Source: an uncultured delta proteobacterium (GTDB lineage Bacteria; Myxococcota; UBA727; VGSZ01). Taken from it: a DNA stretch of 64,000 nt. Made by a program: the position numbers and the translations under genes. Of the stretch, positions 22,616 to 33,689 are shown one piece after another (position 1 is the stretch's first letter; every line of letters begins with the position of its first letter). A model generated the notes under the pieces. It was given only the letters and a program-made list of their open reading frames with translations. It searched no databases and was not told the origin of the DNA. Location of the stretch: positions 160,001-224,000 of the forward strand of contig CAVZJB010000005.1 of assembly GCA_963775425.1 (NCBI GenBank), given 5' to 3'.

Positions 22616-24049
22616 TCAGCCGAGCGAGGCGCGGATGCGTTCGAGCGCGTCCGCGAGGGTCGCGCAGCTCGCCGGGCGGTCCGCCGCCTTCTTCTCGAGG
22701 CACGCGGCCACGAGCTCGTCGAGCGCCTCGGGCAGGCGCGGGTTGCGCGATCGGGGGCGATCGGGGGTGACCGTGGCGTGCTTCATCAACAGCGCGACCA
22801 TCTCCTTGTCGCGAAAGGGCAGCGTCCCCGTCAGCATCAGGTAGGCCACGACCCCGAGCGAGTAGATGTCGGCCGACGTCCCCACGTCGTGGCCCTGCAC
22901 CTGCTCCGGCGACACGAACTGTGGCGTGCCGACGAACATCCCCGTCGACGTCAACGACAGCGCGTCGGCGGGCTTGGCGATGCCGAAGTCGGTCACCTTC
23001 AACCGGTTGTCGTTGAGCACGAAGAGGTTGCCGGGCTTCACGTCGCGGTGGACCACGCCTTTGTCGTGGGCGGCCTGCAGGCCACGGCAACTGTCGACGA
23101 GCCAGCCGAGGGCCTGGCCCATGGTCACGGCGCGCGTCTTCAACACCGCCGAGAGGTCCTCCCCCTCGAGCAGCTCCATGGTCAAGAAGTAGAAGCCCTG
23201 CTCCTGCCCGATGTCGTAGAGCGTGACGACGTTTTCGTGGACGATCTTGCGCGAGATGCTCACCTCGCGCTTGAAGCGCGCGACGTCGGCGGCGTCGCCG
23301 CTGTGGTGGAACACCTTGAGCGCGCACTCCTCATCGAGCTCCCGGTCGCGCACGCGCAAGACCGTGGCGTGTCCGCCGCGACCGATGCGCGCGAGCACCT
23401 CGTAGCGCTCGTTGACGACGGCGCCCACCGAGAACGCCTCCATGGCGTCGCTGGTCCGCGGCCCGGGCGTGCGCGCCGGCGTCGCCCCGGTGCGCTGCGC
23501 GAAGGGCAACGGCGTGGGCGGCGGCGGCGTCCGCGCGGGCCGCGGCGCGGGGACCCGCTGCGGCGCGAGCGGCGCGATGTCGGGCACGGCGAGCGTGTCG
23601 AGCCGCGCCGTGTCTCGGACCTCGGCGTCGCCGCCCAACACCGCCTCGGCGACGTCGGAGAGGGTCTGCACGCGCTCCTGCTTGAGCGTGTCGGAGCCGT
23701 CGGGGGCGGCGGGGGGGCTGAAGCCGTCCAACGACGGCAGCGCCGGCGGCGGCGTGTGCGGCGCAGCAGCGCCCTCGGCGACGATGCCCACGCTCTCGTA
23801 CACGCGGCGGATGCGCGCGCGGGCGTCGTCGTTTTCGGCGCCCGGGGGCGCGCGCGCGAGAAAGTCGTCGAGCGCCTGCTGCGCCCGCAACCCGACGTCG
23901 CCAATCCGCTCGCAGAGCAACGCCAACGCGCGCGCCGCGCGATCGCGATCACCCGGGCCCTCGAGCGCGGCGGCGGCGAGGGCGCGCTCGGCGCCGGCGA
24001 GGTCGCCTCGCTCGAGGAGCGTCCGTGCGGCGTCGAGGGGATCGTTCAC
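22616..24049 (-). CDS. cytoplasmic Ser/Thr protein kinase with helical N-domain and Pro-rich linker
   Basis: IGRGGHATV, ALK, HRDVKPGN, DFG, GTPQFVSPE; GTG start 14 nt after the pilT stop with GAAGGA. Confidence 0.92.
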   Translation of the reverse strand: MNDPLDAARTLLERGDLAGAERALAAAALEGPGDRDRAARALALLCERIGDVGLRAQQALDDFLARAPPGAENDDARARIRRVYESVGIVAEGAAAPHTPPPALPSLDGFSPPAAPDGSDTLKQERVQTLSDVAEAVLGGDAEVRDTARLDTLAVPDIAPLAPQRVPAPRPARTPPPPTPLPFAQRTGATPARTPGPRTSDAMEAFSVGAVVNERYEVLARIGRGGHATVLRVRDRELDEECALKVFHHSGDAADVARFKREVSISRKIVHENVVTLYDIGQEQGFYFLTMELLEGEDLSAVLKTRAVTMGQALGWLVDSCRGLQAAHDKGVVHRDVKPGNLFVLNDNRLKVTDFGIAKPADALSLTSTGMFVGTPQFVSPEQVQGHDVGTSADIYSLGVVAYLMLTGTLPFRDKEMVALLMKHATVTPDRPRSRNPRLPEALDELVAACLEKKAADRPASCATLADALERIRASLG

Positions 24050-24062
24050 CCGCGGCCGTCCT

Positions 24063-25169
24063 TCACCAGCTGGCCTCGTCGTCGTCCTCGTCGCGGGCGG
24101 CGAGGGCCGCCACCGCCGCACGCATCTGCTCGGGGCGGCGCGCGAGCTGCACGGCGTCTTCGGGGAGAATCTGGCCGTCGCGCAGCAGGCGCATAAGCGC
24201 GGTGTCGCGGCTTTGCATCTCGCTCTCGCCGGGGCGCTGGCCGTCGAGGAAGGCCTCGAGCATGTGCCCTTTGTTGTCGCGGATCATGCTCGAAACCGCG
24301 TGCGTCTGCAGGAGGATCTCGACGGCGGCGATGCGCCCGTCGGACGACGCCTTGCGCACGAGCTGCTGGGAGATGACGGCGCGCAAGAGCATGGCCAGGA
24401 GAGCGCGGGTCTCCTCCTGGTTGTTCTCGGGCATGCCGTCGACCATGCGCGGCACGCTCTTGGCGGCGGAATTCGTGTGAAGCGTGCCGAGCACGAGGAT
24501 GCCCGTCTCGGCGGCGGAGAGCGCGAGCTGGATGGTCTCCGCGTCGCGCATCTCGCCCACGACGATGACGTCGGGCGCCTCCCGCAACGCCGAGCGCAGC
24601 GCGCCGGCGAAGGAGGCGACGTGCGTCCCGACCTGCCGCTGCGTCAGCGCGCAGCGCTGCGGGACGTGCGTGTGCTCGATGGGATCTTCGATGGTGAGGA
24701 TGTGGCGCTGCTGCGTGCGGTTGATCTCGTCGACCATCGCCGCGAGCGTCGTGGACTTGCCCGACCCCGTGGGCCCCGTGACGAGGACCAGGCCGTTTTG
24801 CAGCCGGCACAGACGCCGCACCACGTGGGGCAGCGAGAGGTCGTCGAGCGTGGGGACCTTGGCGGGGATGATGCGAAAGACGGCGCCAGGACCGTTTTGC
24901 TGGACGAACGCGTTGACGCGGAAGCGGCCCACGCCGGCGAGCGAGTACACGACGTCGATGTCGCGCGTCTTGTGGAAGCGCTCGCGTTGCTCCGGCGACA
25001 AGATCTCCTCGACGAGGACGCCCGCCTCGATGTCGGAGAGCACGCGGAACGGGATGTCGATGAGCTCGCCGTCGTGACGAACCACGGGGACGTGTCCGGC
25101 GCGCACGTGCAGGTCGCTCGCGCCCTGCTCGACGGCGATCTGCAGGAACGAGTCGATGCGCGCCGCCAT
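24063..25169 (-). CDS. pilT: PilT/PilU-family ATPase
   Basis: ASDLH, GPTGSGKSTT, TIEDPIE, PDVIVVGEMRD; His box variant TGILVLGTLHT. Confidence 0.92.
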   Translation of the reverse strand: MAARIDSFLQIAVEQGASDLHVRAGHVPVVRHDGELIDIPFRVLSDIEAGVLVEEILSPEQRERFHKTRDIDVVYSLAGVGRFRVNAFVQQNGPGAVFRIIPAKVPTLDDLSLPHVVRRLCRLQNGLVLVTGPTGSGKSTTLAAMVDEINRTQQRHILTIEDPIEHTHVPQRCALTQRQVGTHVASFAGALRSALREAPDVIVVGEMRDAETIQLALSAAETGILVLGTLHTNSAAKSVPRMVDGMPENNQEETRALLAMLLRAVISQQLVRKASSDGRIAAVEILLQTHAVSSMIRDNKGHMLEAFLDGQRPGESEMQSRDTALMRLLRDGQILPEDAVQLARRPEQMRAAVAALAARDEDDDEASW

Positions 25170-28100
25170 CAGGGCTTCCCCTTCATGGCCGGGCGCACGC
25201 CGCTCGGCGAGATGACCTCGTGCTTCTCGGTGTCGTGCGCGTCGTCTGCGTCCTCGATCGTCGGCAGCGGCATCGTCGGTCCTTCGTCGCCGGCGGTGCC
25301 TTCGATGACGGGGAGCGCCTCCTCGGACGACGGCTGCGCGTGCGCCATCGCGCGCGGCGACGTCGGCACCCGCGGCGGCGGCGCCGCCTCGTCGACCGGC
25401 GCGGGCGCGGGCCGCGCGGGCGCGGACCGGGCGGCGGCGGGCGGCGGGGCGGCGTGCTGCGCGGCGGCAGGCTGCACCCGCGCAGGCTGCGCGCGGGCCG
25501 GGGGCGGCGGGGCGGGCGTGCGCGGCGCGGGCGCTCGCGCCGGCGCGGCGACGGGCACCGGCGAGGGCGTGCGCGTCGACGCCATCGCCCCCGGCGTCGA
25601 GGGGCGCGTGGCGGTGCGTGGCAGTGCGTCCCCGGGGGGGATGCGGGCGCGGGCCATCGCCGCGGGGCTCATGACGTCGGGGCGCGGCAGGCCGGGCGAC
25701 GCTGGCGTCGGGGGCCGGGCGGGCGGCGCCTCCAGGCGCGGCGCCGGGGTGGGCGTCCGCGCGGGCGTCGACGGCGCGGGCGTCGACGGCGTCGACGGCG
25801 TCGGGGGGGCGACGGCGACCTCGCGGGCGGCGACCGCGGCGCTCTCGTCAGCGATGGGGAAGCGGCCCTTGTCGCGCGCCTTCACGTACGCCTCGGCGGG
25901 ATCGATGATGCCTCGCTCGAGGAGCGCGAAGAGCGAGTCGTCCATCAGGGACATCCCGAGCTCGCGCTGGAGCACCATCTGCGACGCGATCTGGTGGCCC
26001 TGGCCCTTGCGGATCATGTTGGCGATGGACTCGTTGTTGAGCATGACCTCGCACGCCAGGACGCGCCCGCCGTCCCGTCGCGGGACGAGGTGTTGGCAGA
26101 CCACGGCCTTCAACGTCTCCGAGAGCATGGTGCGGATCTGCGCCTGCCGCTCGTGGGGAAACGCGTTGATCACGCGCTCCACGCAGGTGTCCGCGGCGAC
26201 GGCGTGCACCGTGCCGAACACGAGGTGGCCCGTCTCCGCCGCCGTCACCGCGAACGAGATGGTCTCGAGGTCGCGCAGCTCACCGACGAGGATGACGTCG
26301 GGGTCCTCGCGCAGCGCCGCGCGCAACGCGCTCCCGTAGCTCGTGGTGTGCACGCCGACCTCGCGTTGGGTGACCAGGCTCTGCCGCGAGGCGTGCACGC
26401 CCTCGATGGGGTCCTCGATGCTGATGATGTGCCGGGACCGCGTCTCGTTGATGCGGTTGACGATCCCCGCCAGCGTCGTGGACTTGCCCGATCCCGGCGG
26501 CCCCCCGAACAGCACCAGGCCGCTTTGCAGCTCGGCGAACGTGTGCACGAGCGCCGGCACGCCGAGCTCTTCGAGCGGCACCACGTCGCCCTTGATCACG
26601 CGGAACACCGCGCCGAGACCGTCTTCGCTCTGAAACGCGTTCACGCGGAAGCGTGCGCCGACGCGGCGGTTCTCATGCGAGAAGTCGACGTCGGTCTTGT
26701 GCGCCAGCGCCTCCACCTGCTCCGGCGTGAACAGCGGCGCCAAAAGCTCGTATACGTTCTCCGCGGTGAGGTCGGCGCGCGTGAGCCGTTCCACGCGGCC
26801 CTGCCGCTTCATGAACGCGGCGCGACCGGAGACGAGGATGAGGTCGCTCCCGTCGCTCTTCACCACCTTGCGCAACAGCTCGGCGAGCACGCGGCCGGCC
26901 TCGTCGAGCGCGGGGTCGGCGGCGCCGCCGTAGTGCCACGCGCGCAGCGTGCTCGCGGCGGTGCGCGCGATCTCTGGGTCGACGTCGTGGAGCAGCAGCG
27001 CCACGGCGTCGATCTGGTCGTTGGCCTCGATGCTCTGCGCGTAACGCAGCGCCGCCATGCGCACGTCGCGCTCGGGCCGCGAGAGGAGATTGGGGAGCAT
27101 CCCGCGGGCGTCGTCGCGCTTGAGCTGGCGCAGGGCGTCGAGGCCCGCGATCTCGAGACCGGGCGCCTCGACGAGCTTCACGAGGTACGGCACCGCGCGG
27201 TCGTCGCCGACGCGGCCGATGGCGCGCACGGCCTCCTCGCGCACGAGCCAGTCGGCGTCGTCGCGCGCGCGGATGAGCAGCGCGCCGAGGGCGTCGCCGT
27301 GGCCGATGCGGCCGAGCACCTGCACCGCGAACCTGCGCATGGTGGACGCGTCGTCGTCGAGGTAGGGCATCAGGTGCGGGATGAGCGCGGCCCCTGCCAT
27401 GGGGACGAGCGCGTCGGCCAGGCGCTCGCGCACCCACCAGTCCTCGTCGCGGATGAAGCTCACCAGCCGCGGCCAGATGGCCGAGCCCTGCTGGCTCATG
27501 GCCTGCAAGACCTCCGACGCCATCCGGCGCACGTTGGGGTCGCGGCTGCGCAGCAGAAACAGGATGGCGCGCGCCATGTCGACGCGCCCCTGCGCCGCCA
27601 GCGCCTTGAGCACGCGCACGGCTTCGGTGCGCACGCGCTGCCGGCGGTGTGAGATGGCGCTCACGAGGGGGGCGAGCACATCGTCGGTGCCGATCTCCTG
27701 GAGCACCTGGAGCGCCACGATGCTGATGCGGCTCGGGCCGCGCATCAGGCGCTGCTCGAGGAGCCCCAGCGTTCGCAGCGACGGGAAGCGCGCCACGCCC
27801 TTGAGCGCGGCGCAGACCGCCCGCTCGCCGCCAAGCTCGATCACGGGGAGGACGCCGTCGACGAACGCGTCCTCGCTCTCGGCGATGGCGGCCCAGCACA
27901 GGGTGGCGGCACCGGCGATCTCGTCGTCGGCGTCCCGCATGCGTGCGCGGGCGGCGGCGGCGAAGACGGCGCGGTCGGTGAGCAGGTCGTTGCAGCGGGC
28001 GACGGCCTCGAGGCCGGCGGCGACCATGCGCGCGTCGGCGCTCTGCACCGCGCCGGCGAGGACGGGGACGGCGCGCGCTCCGAGCTTGTCGACGAGCTGG

Positions 28101-28570
28101 ACCATCGTCACCAGCGCGCTCTCGGTAAACGGGCCCGAGCGGAACTCGGCGACCAACGCCTCGAACGTCGGCCCGACCGCGACCTTCTCGAGCACGCGCA
28201 GCGCCGCGGCGCGCGTGCTGTCCTCGGGGCTGCGCAACAGCGACACGAGGATGGCGTGGTCCGCGAGGTGGTTCACGATCGGCAGCGCGTGGACGAGCGC
28301 CTCGCGCGGCGCCGCGTGCATCGCCTTGGGCAGGGCGCGGGCGAGCGGCGCGAAGAGCGCGCGGTCGGGGCACGCCTTCACCACACCGATGAAGAAGGAG
28401 CACGCGAGCTTGTACGACTCGCTCGGCAGCGTGGTGGGCTCGAGCAGCGCATCGAGGGCGCGCAGCACGTCGGCGCGGCTCACTACGCCGAGGTCGGCGA
28501 GCGCGTGCTCGACGTCTTCCATGCTGGTGTGCCGCGTGTCTCGGATGGCGGCGACGATCTTGCGGCTCAT
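25169..28570 (-). CDS. HEAT-repeat / PilT-family ATPase fusion with Pro-rich C-terminal tail (~1133 aa)
   Basis: ATG 28570 after AGGGAG; ~540 aa of HEAT-like repeats (DEDWWVRERLADAL, DADWLVREEAVRAIG), then GPPGSGKSTT, SIEDPIE, DPDVILVGELRD, TGHLVFGTVH, then a ~230-aa P/A/T tail. Confidence 0.88.
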   Translation of the reverse strand: MSRKIVAAIRDTRHTSMEDVEHALADLGVVSRADVLRALDALLEPTTLPSESYKLACSFFIGVVKACPDRALFAPLARALPKAMHAAPREALVHALPIVNHLADHAILVSLLRSPEDSTRAAALRVLEKVAVGPTFEALVAEFRSGPFTESALVTMVQLVDKLGARAVPVLAGAVQSADARMVAAGLEAVARCNDLLTDRAVFAAAARARMRDADDEIAGAATLCWAAIAESEDAFVDGVLPVIELGGERAVCAALKGVARFPSLRTLGLLEQRLMRGPSRISIVALQVLQEIGTDDVLAPLVSAISHRRQRVRTEAVRVLKALAAQGRVDMARAILFLLRSRDPNVRRMASEVLQAMSQQGSAIWPRLVSFIRDEDWWVRERLADALVPMAGAALIPHLMPYLDDDASTMRRFAVQVLGRIGHGDALGALLIRARDDADWLVREEAVRAIGRVGDDRAVPYLVKLVEAPGLEIAGLDALRQLKRDDARGMLPNLLSRPERDVRMAALRYAQSIEANDQIDAVALLLHDVDPEIARTAASTLRAWHYGGAADPALDEAGRVLAELLRKVVKSDGSDLILVSGRAAFMKRQGRVERLTRADLTAENVYELLAPLFTPEQVEALAHKTDVDFSHENRRVGARFRVNAFQSEDGLGAVFRVIKGDVVPLEELGVPALVHTFAELQSGLVLFGGPPGSGKSTTLAGIVNRINETRSRHIISIEDPIEGVHASRQSLVTQREVGVHTTSYGSALRAALREDPDVILVGELRDLETISFAVTAAETGHLVFGTVHAVAADTCVERVINAFPHERQAQIRTMLSETLKAVVCQHLVPRRDGGRVLACEVMLNNESIANMIRKGQGHQIASQMVLQRELGMSLMDDSLFALLERGIIDPAEAYVKARDKGRFPIADESAAVAAREVAVAPPTPSTPSTPAPSTPARTPTPAPRLEAPPARPPTPASPGLPRPDVMSPAAMARARIPPGDALPRTATRPSTPGAMASTRTPSPVPVAAPARAPAPRTPAPPPPARAQPARVQPAAAQHAAPPPAAARSAPARPAPAPVDEAAPPPRVPTSPRAMAHAQPSSEEALPVIEGTAGDEGPTMPLPTIEDADDAHDTEKHEVISPSGVRPAMKGKP

Positions 28571-28676
28571 CTGCTCCCTGGCCACGAGGCTAGCAGAACC
28601 CTCCGCCGTCCATGGCTGGACGGGCCGCCGGCTCGCCGCGTCGGACGGCGCACACCGGTCCGGCGTATCGTGGCTC

Positions 28677-30083
<1,407 letters not shown>

Positions 30084-30095
30084 CGGCGGCTGCGG

Positions 30096-31043
30096 CTACT
30101 CGATGTCGTCGGTCTTGGCGCGGCCGCGGGCGAGCTCCCGCTGCAGGCGCTCGTGCAGCTCGCGCGCCGAGCTCTTGCCGCTCGACTTCAGGAGCTGGTT
30201 GCGCGCGGCCACCTCGATGATGACGCCCATGTTGCGGCCGGCGCGCACCGGCACCGTGATGAGCGGGGTCTCGACGTCGAGGATGGTGAAGAAGCGGTCG
30301 TCGAGGCCGAGGCGGTCGTACTCCTCGTCCTCACGCCACTCGACGAGCTCGGCGACGAGATCGATGCGCTTGCGCTCGCGGACGGCGGAGACGCCGAAGA
30401 GGTCGCTGATGTTGATGATGCCGAGCCCGCGGATCTCGAGGTGGTGCTTGGTGAGCGCCGAGCCGAAGCCGTAGAGCGTCTCGGCCCCGCGACGGCGAAT
30501 GGTGACGACGTCGTCGGCCACCAGCGGATGCCCGCGCTGCACGAGGTCCAGCGCCAGCTCGCTCTTGCCGATACCGCTCTTGCCGAGGAGCATGACGCCG
30601 ATGCCGTGCACCTCGAGGAGCACGCCGTGCATGGTGGTCTGCGCCGCGAGCTGGTCGTCGAGGAACGCCTCCACGCGGGAGATGAAGACGTCTGTGCCCT
30701 GCGGCGTGGTGAACAGCGGGGTCTTGGCCTCCGCCGCGGCCCGCACGAGATCGTCGGGGACGTGCATGCCCTTGGTGCAGATAACGACCGGGAAGTCACA
30801 GGCGCAGAACGTCCGGCACGAGTCCGACCGGGCGTCGTCGGGCATCTTCTCGAGATAGGTGAGCTCGGTGGAGCCGAGGATCTGCACCCGGCCCTTCTGC
30901 ACGAAGTCGGTGTAGCCGGTGAGCGCCAATCCGGGCTTCTGGATCTTCGACAGCGTGATGACGCGCGAGGTGTCGCCCTCGGTGAGCGCGCGGAGTTGGA
31001 GGTCTTCGGCCGCGAGGAGGTCGGCGACCTTGGCGGAGCGCAT
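30096..31043 (-). CDS. hprK: HPr kinase/phosphorylase
   Basis: QKPGLALTGY, HGVLL, GKSGIGKSE, LVADD, HHLEIRGLGII, PVRAGRN. Confidence 0.96.
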   Translation of the reverse strand: MRSAKVADLLAAEDLQLRALTEGDTSRVITLSKIQKPGLALTGYTDFVQKGRVQILGSTELTYLEKMPDDARSDSCRTFCACDFPVVICTKGMHVPDDLVRAAAEAKTPLFTTPQGTDVFISRVEAFLDDQLAAQTTMHGVLLEVHGIGVMLLGKSGIGKSELALDLVQRGHPLVADDVVTIRRRGAETLYGFGSALTKHHLEIRGLGIINISDLFGVSAVRERKRIDLVAELVEWREDEEYDRLGLDDRFFTILDVETPLITVPVRAGRNMGVIIEVAARNQLLKSSGKSSARELHERLQRELARGRAKTDDIE

Positions 31044-31045
31044 GC

Positions 31046-31525
31046 TCAATACCGCGCGTCCTCGGCTTCGATCTCCTGCCAGACCGCCTCGGCGTCGTTG
31101 GCTTCGAGGAGGCGCCGGTGGAAGGCGGAGTCCGAGAACAGGCGCGAGATGCGCGCCAGCGCCTTCAGGTGAAGGCCGCCGGCGCTCTCCGGGGCGAGCA
31201 GGACGATGAAGATCTTGCTCGGCTGCCCGTCGAGCGCGCCGAAGTCGATGCCCTTGTCGTGCAGCCCCAGGCACGCCACGAGCTGGTCGAGGCGCTCGAG
31301 CTTGCCGTGCGGGATGGCGAGGCCGTCCTTGATGCCCGTGGAGCCGAGGCGCTCGCGCTCCTCGAGGACGCGCACGATCTGGTCCTCGTCGGCGACGGCG
31401 AGCTCGGTGTTGGCGCTCGGCGGCACGATCCCCTTTTGCACGAGCTCACGCAGCACCGCCGCCTTCGAGTTGGACTGAAGGCGGTGAATGATGCGGCCCG
31501 GCTCGAGAATGTCGACGAGCTTCAT
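31046..31525 (-). CDS. ptsN: PTS EIIA (Ntr/Fru-type)
   Basis: ERERLGSTGI, LAIPHGK, HLKALARISR; lies between hpf and hprK. Confidence 0.93.
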   Translation of the reverse strand: MKLVDILEPGRIIHRLQSNSKAAVLRELVQKGIVPPSANTELAVADEDQIVRVLEERERLGSTGIKDGLAIPHGKLERLDQLVACLGLHDKGIDFGALDGQPSKIFIVLLAPESAGGLHLKALARISRLFSDSAFHRRLLEANDAEAVWQEIEAEDARY

Positions 31526-31568
31526 AAGCGCTGTGCGCGCTTACCCCTGCATTGCGCCACGGGCAACC

Positions 31569-32147
31569 CTAATGCTTGCCGTTCATGCCGCTCATCTGCG
31601 GGGGCTCCACCAGACCGAAAGAACCGTCTTTGCGCCGGTAGAGCACGTTCATCATGTTCGACTTCGCGTTCAGGAACACGTGGAATTCCTCGTGGAGGAG
31701 GTCCATCTGCATGATGGCTTCCTCGACGAGCATCGGCCGCGCGTCCACTTCCTCGTGGCGCACGACCTGCGCCGGCACACCCACCGGCACCTCCACCTCC
31801 GACGGGTCCGACGCCGCGATGACGTGGTGGCGCACCTTCATGGCCAAGCCTTCGCGCGGCTTGTGGCTCGCGAGCTTGTTCCGGTAGCGCTTGAGCTGCC
31901 GCTCGATCTTCTGTGCGGCGCCGTCGATGGAGCCGTACATGTCCGCCGAGGTCTCTTCGCCGCGAATGCGCATTCCGTTCGCGATCACGTTGATCTCGGC
32001 GCGGTGCATGTGCTTTTCGACGGAGAGCACGACGTGGGCGTCGGTGGGCGCGTGGACGTAACGCTCGATGCGCGACACCTTGTCGGAAGCGAAGCTCTTG
32101 AGCGCGTCGGTGGCTTCCATGTGCCGAAACGTGACGGAGACCTGCAT
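31569..32147 (-). CDS. hpf: long-form ribosome hibernation promoting factor
   Basis: VTFRHMEATDAL, DMYGSID, C-terminal PM..EEAIMQM..LYRRKDG. Confidence 0.95.
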   Translation of the reverse strand: MQVSVTFRHMEATDALKSFASDKVSRIERYVHAPTDAHVVLSVEKHMHRAEINVIANGMRIRGEETSADMYGSIDGAAQKIERQLKRYRNKLASHKPREGLAMKVRHHVIAASDPSEVEVPVGVPAQVVRHEEVDARPMLVEEAIMQMDLLHEEFHVFLNAKSNMMNVLYRRKDGSFGLVEPPQMSGMNGKH

Positions 32148-32196
32148 GTGGGGGATCCTCCGGGGGTTGTCGGCAGCCTAGCCCGACGCCGGTTGG

Positions 32197-33624
32197 TCAG
32201 AAACTCTGTCCCAAGGTGATGTAGGGGTACGGGGCAAAGCCCTCGACGGACGACGCGGCCACGTCGACCCGGATGATGAAGTTCTGGTTCCAGGAGATGA
32301 GGAAGGCCCCCCCGATGCCGATGGGGAGGGTGGGCGAAGGCGCCCCCAGGTCGTCGAACGCGAGGGAGACGAAGCCGGCGTCGAGGAAGGCGTTGGCGAT
32401 GAGGCCGAACTGCTGCCCGAGGAAGTCAAAGTAGAGGAAGTGCCAGCGCAGCTCCTGCTGCTCGAGGACCTTCACGCGCCCGAGGTAGCGCTGCCCGCGG
32501 ATGCCGCGGCCGAGGTCGGCGCCGCCGTAGCCGGCGTAGGAGGTGCTTCCGCCGATGCTGGCGAGCTCGATGGTGGGCGGGTCACCCACGACCCCGTCGA
32601 GGATGAGGCGGCCGGCGACGACGAGGTCGCGGTTGCCGCGCAGCAGCGGCGTGTACCCGCGCAGGGTGACGTTGGCGCCTGCGTAGCTCCACGTGGAGCC
32701 GACGAACGGGTGCGAGCCGCGGACCAATCCCTCGACGAACCAGCCGTGCCTCGGCGACGGCTCGTTGTCGCGGTTGTCCCAGATGAGCCCGGCCTGGAAG
32801 ATGCTCAGCAAGCCCGCCTCGCCGCCGGGGATGTCCGTGGCGTACAGGCTGCCCGGGTACGGAAAGAGGTCGAGCTTTCCGTCGTGGTTGTCGTCGAAGA
32901 TGGTGCCCGGGATGAACTGCGCGCCCCGCCAGCCGGCGAGGGCCTCGAGCTTGGGCTTTTGGCCGGGGTTGAGGCGGAAGCGCAGGTTCGCCGAGGCGTA
33001 CGGCTCGATGTAGGGGAAGACGTAATAGTGGCGCAGGAAGGTGTCGCGCGCGTCCTTCTGCAACCCGAGCGCGTCGGCCTCCTTCTCGGCGACGACGTCG
33101 TCGCAGGTGACGGCGGGGCCGACGCCGCAGTAGTTCTGCGACAGGTTCTCGATGAAGCCCACCTCGCCCGTGAAGCGCAGCGGCAGGCCGAACGGCTCGA
33201 TGGAGTCGAGCGCGAGCGCGTGGTGCTGCACGAGGTTGGTCGACACGAGGATGAGCAGGTGGATCTGGTTTTTGTAGGGCGCGGTCTTGCCGTCGTACTG
33301 GTAGAGGTTGGCGACCACGCCGAGCTGAAGGCCCGCGTCCGGGTTGAAGCCGAGGGCGGGCACGCCGCCGAAGCCCCAGCCCGGGCGCGTAAAGCGCGGG
33401 GCCTCGCCGCCGGCGATGGCGCTGCCCTTGTCCGCGGGGGCCGCGCTGGCGTCGCGTGCGCTGGCGTCGCGTGCGCTGGCGTCGCCGGCGCTGGCGTCGC
33501 CGGCGCTGGCGTCGCGTGCGCTGGCGTCGCCGGCGGGGGCGTCGCCCGCGGGCGCTGCGGGGGCGGGGGTGGCGCAGAGCAGAGCGAAGGCGGCGAGGGT
33601 GGCGTGCACACCGCTCGTTACCAC
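32197..33624 (-). CDS. Omp85/BamA-TamA-like outer-membrane beta-barrel
   Basis: Signal peptide, PALGFNPDAG, DNRDNEPSP, RGIRGQRY, terminal Phe (LGQSF); no POTRA domains evident. Start 33624 or 33609. Confidence 0.82.
   Translation of the reverse strand: MVTSGVHATLAAFALLCATPAPAAPAGDAPAGDASARDASAGDASAGDASARDASARDASAAPADKGSAIAGGEAPRFTRPGWGFGGVPALGFNPDAGLQLGVVANLYQYDGKTAPYKNQIHLLILVSTNLVQHHALALDSIEPFGLPLRFTGEVGFIENLSQNYCGVGPAVTCDDVVAEKEADALGLQKDARDTFLRHYYVFPYIEPYASANLRFRLNPGQKPKLEALAGWRGAQFIPGTIFDDNHDGKLDLFPYPGSLYATDIPGGEAGLLSIFQAGLIWDNRDNEPSPRHGWFVEGLVRGSHPFVGSTWSYAGANVTLRGYTPLLRGNRDLVVAGRLILDGVVGDPPTIELASIGGSTSYAGYGGADLGRGIRGQRYLGRVKVLEQQELRWHFLYFDFLGQQFGLIANAFLDAGFVSLAFDDLGAPSPTLPIGIGGAFLISWNQNFIIRVDVAASSVEGFAPYPYITLGQSF
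33444..33535 (-). repeat. 15-bp coding tandem repeat (DASAR/DASAG)
   Basis: gcgctggcgtcgc(gt/cg) units, about 6 copies, in the N-terminal linker of the Omp85-like protein. Confidence 0.8.
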
Positions 33625-33689
33625 GAGCGCGGCCGGGCAGCGCCCCCCGAGCTCGGGACGCCCGGCCCCGCCAGCGCTAGTCTCGGCGG

